Positions 43,473 through 64,000 of a stretch of DNA of 64,000 nucleotides are shown one piece after another. Under the pieces are notes generated by a model that saw only the letters and a program-made list of their open reading frames with translations, searched no databases and was not told where the DNA came from. Origin of the DNA: Salpingoeca rosetta (lineage: Eukaryota > Protista > Choanoflagellata); assembly GCA_033442325.1 (NCBI GenBank), contig JAWQFM010000002.1:799865-863864 (forward strand), read 5' to 3'. Position 1 is the stretch's first letter. Every line of letters starts with the position of its first letter. The position numbers and the translations under genes were made by a program.

Positions 43473-46277
43473 GCAGCAGACAAGTTCGAGAAGCTGACAT
43501 GCACAATCAAGGAGAAGTTTGAGGGTAGCAGCACGCCGTGCATGTGCGCACCTGTTGGTAGCGTAGGACTTGGTCTGGCTCGTCGGCGAGGGCCTTGCGA
43601 AACTTCTTGATCATCTTGTCAAACTCTGTGGATGTGTTGGCGGCAACCGGTGCCAAGTTTGGATTCTCCTTGGCAATTTGTTGCAGCTCAGAGTGCATAT
43701 CATCATCATCGTCATCATCGTCGTCATCGTCGTCGTGTTTCTTCTTCGTCGTTGTGTCGTCATCATCGTCCAGTCCGTCAAGCGTTTCATCATCATCGTC
43801 ATCATCGTCATCATCACTGTCGCCTGTGTTGGTCTGTCAGGCACGCAACGGGTGAAGCACAACGGAAAGCAAGGGACATTGTATGAGTGTGAACGTGACA
43901 AGTGTGTTAACGTGACGGAGTGTGCAAGCTCATAGTGGCCATGAATAGGCAGACGTTATGGGGTGGGGCTCAAACGAGGCTGCACGCAGATACAAGCAGA
44001 CACGCAGACACACAGACACAAGCAGACATGCAGACAGACACACAGACAGGCAGGCAGACACACACACACACACATGCAGACACGCAGACACGCACGCACA
44101 CAACCACAAACACACACGCACACACACACATGCACAAACACGCGCGCACCTTGATTGGCTCCAAGACGAGGAGGCGTTCTGGGAAGAGAAACTCGGCGGG
44201 CTCAACGGACACAAGGTCCGCATATCCCGTGCAGTCTGCCGTGCACTCGTCCTTGTGCCCGTGCAGCCAGTGCCAGCGCTGGTGGTCGCGGCTGCAGTAG
44301 TGGCGCTTGTGGCACCGCGAGCACGACTTGCTTGCCGGCATGCCGCACGCGTAGCACAGCCGCACTGGTTGGTCGACCGTGGCGTCATGGTGGTGGTGGT
44401 GGTGGTGGTGGTGGTGGTGGTGGTGGTGGTGGTGGTGGTGTAAGTGTATGCAAGTGGAAAGCCATGCTGGGTATGATGGAACAAGACTGGCAAACGAAAC
44501 ACGAACAAGTGAATAAGGACACTTCATATTTGGAAGTGTGGGCTAAAGCATGATCACACGCACACACACACACACATGCACAAGGCATGGCCATTTTCAA
44601 GATGACAGGCGCAAGCGAACCCGCACGTGTCTACGTTTCGAATGCAGATAGGGCCATGTCTCTCACCATCTGGAAGTTGCTTGAAGGTGCCTGATGCGTC
44701 ATCGGTGGCGTCTGACACTTCATGGAAGTACTGTGGCGTCAAAGGGGAGAAACGAGCACATGAGGTGAGTGATAGCTTTAGAATTGGTGCTGATGTGTGA
44801 TGTGCGACAAGAAAGAATCACAGGCCACGCCCATTGCAGTGTACACACAAACACAGTGTGCACACAAACACAGTGTACGCACACACACACACACACAAAC
44901 ACACACAGACCTTGTTCTGTCTGGGAAGTGTCTGACGGAATGCGCGAAACCTGGTTGCAGTTCAACCAGTGACAAATACTTGGCGTGAGGAGAGCAAACC
45001 ATTGAGGGCAGAGCAGTGGCCCAGTCGATAACACACACACACATACACACACATACACACAGACGCCATGACATGGATATAGTGGCCGACTACAGCTTAC
45101 CCGCCCTGTCTGCCGGGGTTGTTGCATGTGGAGGCGTTGGGGCACACAAAGACAAATACACATCGGTGATAGTTCTGGTCTCCCTTGTACAACCCGCCGC
45201 TGTACACCTGCACAAAGTTAGAACGAAACACACGCACACATGACCAGCAGCGACGTACACGGGGTGGTGGGTGAAGAGCGAGAGAAGTGTGTGAGTGAGC
45301 GAGGGAGAACGGAGCACGCGGGCGATCGAGTTGAAGAAGCAGGCAAGGAAGTGTGCTCGTGTGTAATAACTCCAAGGTTAGCCACCATGACTTGAGGTGG
45401 GAAGCTAATGGCACGAGTGAACAAACAGTGCGTGATATGACAACTGTTGTGTCTCGGTGTGGCATGAGGGGTGCGCTCCTCGCGCTCGCGGGTTAGGAGT
45501 GGAGGAGGGGAGCGAGGGCCGAGCACGGGGCTCAAGGCGCCTCTTGCTCAACCTTGCCCTCACATGCGTGCGCAGGTGGGGTGGGGGAGGGAGAAGGAAG
45601 AGGGGAGGAAGGGGGAGGAAGGGGGAGGAAGGGGGGAGGAAGAGGACAGGAGGACGGGAAGAAGAGGACAAGGGTGGGGATGGAGAGGAAGCGAAAAGAG
45701 AAGACGGGAGAAGGGAGAAAGAAGAGCGAGGAGCGAGAGATGGGTACACGTCACATTTGTGCCATACCTGAAAGAGGAAGCGAAGGGTTGCGCCACATGT
45801 GCAGGTCAACTGCTCCTTTGTTGGCAGCTGCTCAAAGTTGAGCCAAGCCTAGGGTGTGTGTGGTTCACATGGAAGAGCGCGTTACAGTTGAGACAAGACG
45901 ATTTGTTTCTTCCACACGCTCCAGCCAACACACAGTTGTACACGACACACAACAAAGACACACACGCACACACACGCAGACTCACAGACACACACGCACA
46001 TACACGCACACGCACACACACACACACGCACACGCACACGCACACACACACACACACGCGCATGCACGCACATGCACACGCACACGCACATGCACACACA
46101 CGCACACGCACACACACACACACACACACGCACACGTACACACACACGCCCACGCGCATGCACGCACACACCATATCGCCAACGTACTGGTCTGCCTCCA
46201 AACTTTGTGGGCAAGTTGGGCGCCGTGAGCAGCGCAGGAGCGCAATCCTCGACAAAGCCAACCTCGAGTTCCGCCAT
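42884..46277 (-). CDS. PDCD2: Programmed cell death protein 2 (MYND zinc finger; Tsr4-like uS5 chaperone), multi-exon
   Basis: [110 protein letters not shown]. Confidence 0.93.
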
Positions 46278-46350
46278 GACGGCCCGTTCCAAACACGACA
46301 AAATGAAATGCACCACTTGTGGACGATTCGCCATATCTTCCATTGTCGGT

Positions 46351-46383
46351 TTTGGCGCGCCGATTCGAACGCGACTTCCCGCC
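46351..46383. promoter_or_regulatory. E2F-like sites (TTTGGCGC 46351-46358; TTCCCGCC 46376-46383) in the PDCD2/WDHD1 divergent promoter
   Basis: Exact TTTSSCGC consensus plus a second core, upstream of a replisome gene. Confidence 0.55.
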
Positions 46384-46571
46384 GAAACACACCAGCACCA
46401 AACACACACACGCACGAGCAGCTGTTGTTCACAACTGCCACCATCCCGCCAGTAGTGTCTGTTGTGTCTGCCTGTCTCTCATATCAGTTGTTGTCATCTC
46501 TCTCCATCTCTGTGTGCATTGGTGTGCTCCACGTCCACAACGCGTCACCACCCCCCCCACCTCCTTCTGCC

Positions 46572-56141
<9,570 letters not shown>

Positions 56142-56687
56142 TGATGAGTCATCGGTTTCTTCTTTCCTTATAGTTGCATCAAATCAAATCAAATGCATAA
56201 AAGTTACACATTCCATCCCGCACACATTTCGAAGGTGGTGTGCGTCAGTGCCTTTTTTTCCTCTGCCACCCTGACTTCACTGTCTGACTCACACGCTCTG
56301 ACTCACGCTTGGTCTTCCCACAAGCAAGGTGTGTTGTGTGTGTGTGGTGGGAGAGGGCCTTACGATGGATAAGAAGGGTTCACATCACATGATGACGGGC
56401 GATGGTGGCCTTGTTCTCTTGGTCTCTTCTTCACCGCTTAAACCGGACTGTGCTTTGTTCCACCATTCACAACTTCACTTGCATGCACACGCCAAATTGG
56501 ACACACACCCATTGTGCTCACGCCAACCTGTTGATCAATCATCATAGTCGTGAAGACAGAGCACGCCAACATCAAAAGCCAAGACGACAAGGACACGAAG
56601 AACAAACAACACCTCTTCTTCCTTCCAAGGCGCTCCAACTTCATCCGCAAGCTGTGACACAGAACCCTGTTCTTCTCCGGCATCACC

Positions 56688-59007
<2,320 letters not shown>

Positions 59008-59746
59008 TCGTGCATGTGCTGCCCTTGTTGCACTGCAGCTCTTCTTCTCGCTGTTTCTTGTGTTGGTGATTGAGTCATCACACGCACACACGCACACACA
59101 CACAAACACACAAACACACAAACACACACACACTCTCTCTCTGACACTGTTCTGACTCTTTGCCCTTTCTTCCATCTCCTCTCTGTCCCCACCCCTCCTC
59201 CTTCTTCTTCTTCTTCTTCTCCTGTCCCTTCTTGCTGTCCTTTCCTTTGGTGCTTTCTGTAATGGACTATCTATTCGGTCTTTCCATTTATTGACAGACA
59301 GACTGACAGACTGATTGATTGATTTATCTGATTTGAGTGCCCTTCCTGCCTGCATGCGTGCATGCCCTTTTTTGCCCCCTGTATGTAATGTAACATGATG
59401 TGACATGACATGATGATGCTTCCCCTTTGCTCTCCCTGCTTGCTTCTCTGTTTTATCTTTCTTTCTCTCTCTCTCTCTCTTGCCTGTCCATCCTGCTCTC
59501 TGCCTTTCTTTTGCCCATGCCTGGTTTTATGCCGTGTGCATGTGTGTGCTCGCCCCTGTCACATGTCACACATCACACAGCCACAATCGTCCAATCCAAT
59601 CCAACAGTACCCAACACCATAAACCAACACCGACGACAATTTGTGAACATGTTCCATCACCTTTCCCCTTTCCTGTGCCTTTTTCCTCTCATCTTCGTCG
59701 TCCTCGTGCTTCTCTCTGTGAACAAGCCAAGACAAGACAACCAACC

Positions 59747-61080
59747 ATGGGTCGCATGCACGCACCTGGCAAGGGTATCTCCCGCTCTTCCCGCCCCTTT
59801 GTCCGCACAGCCCCTTCCGTACGTTTCTTCAAGACCAGACTCCCACTGCTCCTGTGAACATGACATGCTGTCCAATATTCTTGGTGGTGATTTGTTGTCA
59901 CATCACGTTGTACTCGTCACCGTCGTGCTGTTTTGTGGTTTGTGGTGGTGGTTTGTGGTGATGGTTTGTGGTGCTCTTCCATCCACATCATATCGCTTCC
60001 TCTGTTTCCATTCTTGCCTTCCACCAAGCCTTGCCTTCTCTTCCTCTCCTCCCTTTCCTTCTCCCACTACATTTTACTTTCCTATTCACACTCACTCACT
60101 CATTCTTCTCACCCACGCACTCACTCACTCACACCAACTGACACCGCTCCTGGCGTTGCCCACACAACAGTGGCTGAAGAACCTGTACTCTGCTGACGAT
60201 GTCAAGGAGAGCATTGTGAAGCTTGCGCGCAAGGGTCACACCCCCTCCAAGATTGGTAATGACGCCGTGCCTTTGGGCTTGAGTTTCTCGGGTTGATCAT
60301 GCAGCACCAATACCATGTGCATGCTATGCTGTTGGACTTTGTCCTCAGCTGGGTGGCGGTGCTGTTGATCTGTACATGCCTGGCTCTTGCCGACCTCCTG
60401 GCCTGTCATGGCCGTTGGTGTGCGTGCCTGCATAGCAGCACCGCATCAAACGTGAGGCTCTTTCTCTTTCTCTTTGAGGCCTTTTGTTGTTGTTGTTTAA
60501 GTTATTGTTGTTGTGTCTTGTTGTGTGTCTGTTGTGTGTGTGTGTGTGTGTGTCATTGTTTGTGGCTGTGTGTTTGCACCTAACATGCTTGCTGTGTGCT
60601 GTGGGATGGCTTAACATGATGCTGAACACTGGCGCTCGCCACACTGCATCTCCTTCCCCTATCTCTCCTCTTTCCATTTTCTTCCCCTCTCTTCCCCCTC
60701 TTCTCTCCTCCCCCGCCCCCTTGCCTAACCTTCACAACCCCCCCCCCCCCAAAAAAAAATCTGTTTTGTTTCCAGGTGTGATTCTTCGTGATAGCCGCGG
60801 CATCTCGTCCACCAAGGCCATCACGGGCACCAAGGTGCTCCGCATCCTCAAGGCCGCCGGCCTTGCCCCCGAGATCCCGGAGGACCTGTACTGCCTCATC
60901 AAGAAGGCCGTCGCCATGCGCAAGCACCTGCAGGAGAACCGCAACGACAAGGACTGCAAGTTCCGCCTCATTCTCGTTGAGAGCCGTATCCACCGCCTCA
61001 GCCGCTACTACCGCACCAAGGGCGTCGTTGCCCCCAACTTCAAGTACGAGAGCGCCACCGCCAGCGCCCTCGTCGCGTAA
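59747..61080 (+). CDS. RPS13: 40S ribosomal protein S13 (uS15), 3 exons
   Basis: [59 protein letters not shown]. Confidence 0.98.
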
Positions 61081-61626
61081 ACGCACCCATCTCCCTTTGC
61101 CGCGTGGACAGCATGATGTGCGCGCAGGCGGGGGCACTGGCATTTTGTAGGGGGACGCAAGGTTGTTGTGGTGGTGACACATAATCATGTCACGTGGTCC
61201 CTGTCACCCCTGTCTTTGCACCCCCTCCCTCTACATTTTGTCTTTGTGCTCTCGCTCTTGTGTCATTTCATCATCATCTGCTGCTGCTCTGTGTGTTGTT
61301 GTTGATTTTGGTTGGCTGGCTGGCTGGCTGTGTTGAACGAGCCACGACGTTGGGTTGTTCGTGTGTCTGCCTTGCTTGTTTTATTACATGGCATGGGCGG
61401 GCGCCGCAGTTGAGGTCATCAATTAAATAAAACACACACACACACACGCAGTGCATGAATGGCTCAAGTCGAACATCATGCTTGTGAGGGAGATGGGATG
61501 GGTGACGTGATGTGACATACGAAGAAGAAGAAAGAAGAAGAGGCAACAAGGAAGGGAGTTGTTCTCGAGGATGTGACAGCAATAACAACTCAACACTGGG
61601 TGGACACCCTCCTTATGTGTCATGTG

Positions 61627-61974
61627 TCACGAGCTTGCTGCGCCTGTGCCGTGCTTTGGCTGCTTTGGCGGCGGCCCTGCGTCGTCTCCATCGTCGGCGA
61701 AGAGGTCAGACGGGTCTGGCAGGGCCTCGGAGGTCAAGACAGACGGCGCATGCACATCCGGCAGGTTCTCAACGTGCTCCTTCAGCTTCTTGCGCACCGC
61801 AGTCACCCGCCTCGCTTGCTCCTTGCACTCCTGTGCAGAGGCGTCGTGCAAAGGCGCGGAGGGCAGCCGGGAGCCGGGCAGGGCAGAAGAACGTCGGTGC
61901 AACGTGAGCCGGGGGGTTGGGAAAGAGGGCGGAAAAAGATGACATTCAAACAGAGAGAGAGAGAGAAAGGGAGC

Positions 61975-62055
<81 letters not shown>

Positions 62056-62356
62056 AGACGGACAGACAGACACACACACACACACACACACAGACACAGA
62101 CACACAGGCACACAGACACACCTCGACTTTGAGCTGTGCGCGGGCAATTGCCTGCTTCTCTTGCAAGATGCAGCGTTCTGCCGTCTGCAAGAGGATGTTT
62201 CCCTCTGCCACAAACGCCCGCAGGCTCTGCAGGAGGGCAGTCACGTCCTGCTGCGCTTGCTTCACGGGCGCCTCTGCCGCCGCCAGGTCGCCCACGCCTG
62301 AGGTGCACACACGCAGATACGCACGTGTGCACATTGTCAGAGCACGCGACACTTGG

Positions 62357-62391
<35 letters not shown>

Positions 62392-63882
62392 AGTGTGTGC
62401 GTGTGTGTGTGTGTGTACAGTGTGTGTGTGTGTGTGTGTGACATGTGCATGCATGCAAGCAGTGATTGGTCATGTCACGGGCCAATGTGACTCACTGGTA
62501 ATGTCCTTGATTGGCCTGTCGTCAAACACGGCTGGTGGGAGGGATCGAATCTTGGCCATGGCCGCGGCGAGCGAAGGAAACTGCTCCTCGTGGGCATCCA
62601 CTTTCCCAAACAATTCGCGCTTCTGCAGCGGGGGCGTGGGTGGCGCGCATCGCGAAAGTGAATCAACAATACGTAAAGGGGCGAGACTTTAAAGCCACAC
62701 CATCCACCCGCGTGCGTGCAGCAAGTGTTGTTACATTATTGATGCGCTGAAATGACACGCAGAAGTGTGCTGGCGGACATATGCAGTGACACGCAGAAGT
62801 TTGCTGAGGTGATATGCAAACACACGTACACCCACAAACACACCACATACACACTCACACACACATCACATACACACATACACACGCTCACACTCACATC
62901 ATACACACATGCACGCACATTGATTGGCTGGCCAAGGTCGACATCTTGCAAAGCGTCTGTGCTGACAGCAGGGCCGCTGCTGTTGGCGCTGGCCACGGGC
63001 TGTGATGAGCGGAGGCGCTTGCGCAGTTCATTCAGGAACTCAACAGGATACGCTGCACGGTCTTGCCAGATGGAAATGACCCGAATCAGCTGCTGTTGGC
63101 CCTTTGCATCAAGCACCCTGTGCAGGAGGCAAACGCACCGCGGGCGTGTGAGCGGCTGCAATGCAATTGGAAGGTTTGTGCTTGCCATGTTTTGGCCACC
63201 AACCGCAGCTCCAGCACACAGGCAGACAGGCAGACACAGAGGCACAGTCACAGACACTCAGACACACAGGCAGACTGACACACAGACACACACACACACA
63301 CACAGACTGATAGACAGACAGACAGACACACGCGCACGCACGCACATGCAGACAAACACGTGCGTGGAACTTACTTGTACACTTCGGGGAGCACGGTTGG
63401 AAGCACTGGCTGGAAGGCAGTGATGTAGGCCATGCCTTTCTTCCTGCCTTGGAGAATCACGTCATTGGCCAAGAAGATGAACTTGAGCTTCTGCTTTGTC
63501 GGCGCTGTTCACGGGCCAGCGCAGGCAGAAGGGAGAGAGACAGGGGCGACAGGGGAAGAGAGAGAGAGAGAGAGAGAGAGAAATGAGTCAGAGAGAGAAA
63601 TGAGAGAGAAATGAGTCAGAGAGAGAGAGAGGAAGGGAGTGTCAACAACTCGAGAAACAACTCGAGCGAACAACAACTCCACAAACAGCTTGAGCAACCA
63701 TTAAATCCCCCACCGCACACACACACACACTCACCTTGTTTGAGTTCTTGCTGCCACACTTTGACAATGTCGTCTGCGTGCTTGGAAAAGTGGAACAGCC
63801 AGAGCGAGAGCGATTGGATGCTGTCCTGGCTGGTCGACAGCGTCGACAGCTTGCGTATCAACGATGCCTTGTTTAATGACAT
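61627..63882 (-). CDS. RPRD1/CREPT-like RNA Pol II CTD-interacting (CID) protein, multi-exon
   Basis: [32 protein letters not shown]; [12 protein letters not shown]; [12 protein letters not shown]; C-terminal LPD...LPDPSDLF. Confidence 0.88.
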
Positions 63883-64000
63883 GTCGCGTGTCCGTGTATT
63901 TTAAGTGTATGTGTGTGTGTGCGCGCTTATGTGTCTGTGTACAGTGAACAACAGGCGATGCTGTGTTAGTGGTGCAGCAGCAGCAGCAGCAGTTGATGGC

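Noticed and set aside
59819-60776. U14 snoRNA in RPS13 introns, as in vertebrates
   Set aside because: No U14 18S-complementary domains and no convincing C/D box pair were found by eye.

Overview
Gene-dense, intron-rich eukaryotic DNA, GC-rich in exons, with (GT)n/(CA)n microsatellites in most introns. Gene content and style suggest a choanoflagellate such as Salpingoeca rosetta (inference, not a database hit). Most six-frame ORFs are artefacts of the microsatellites; the real genes were assembled by hand from GT-AG exons. In order: TELO2 3' part (+); NADAR/YbiA plus macrodomain locus (+); SH3-SH3-DH-PH RhoGEF (-); RUVBL2 (+); KIF28/KLP-6-like kinesin-3 with a C-terminal CaaX (+); mS38/AURKAIP1/COX24-like (-); EMC2 (+); intronless mucin-like type I membrane protein (+); EF-hand/WD40 WDR49-like (-); TMEM70-like (+); amidohydrolase_2 (+); RPS15 (+); PDCD2 (-); WDHD1/AND-1 (+); RNF141-like (+); RPS13 (+); RPRD1-like CID protein (-). 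The main observation is at 2162-4849. A NADAR domain and an SCO6735/TARG1-class macrodomain can be spliced in frame into one 375-aa protein, with an acidic, NLS-like and PIP-like linker. These are the two fold families that act as antitoxins for the two bacterial DarT DNA-ADP-ribosylating toxins, so this may be a eukaryotic two-domain ADP-ribose eraser. No CRISPR array, tRNA, rRNA or intact transposon was recognised.
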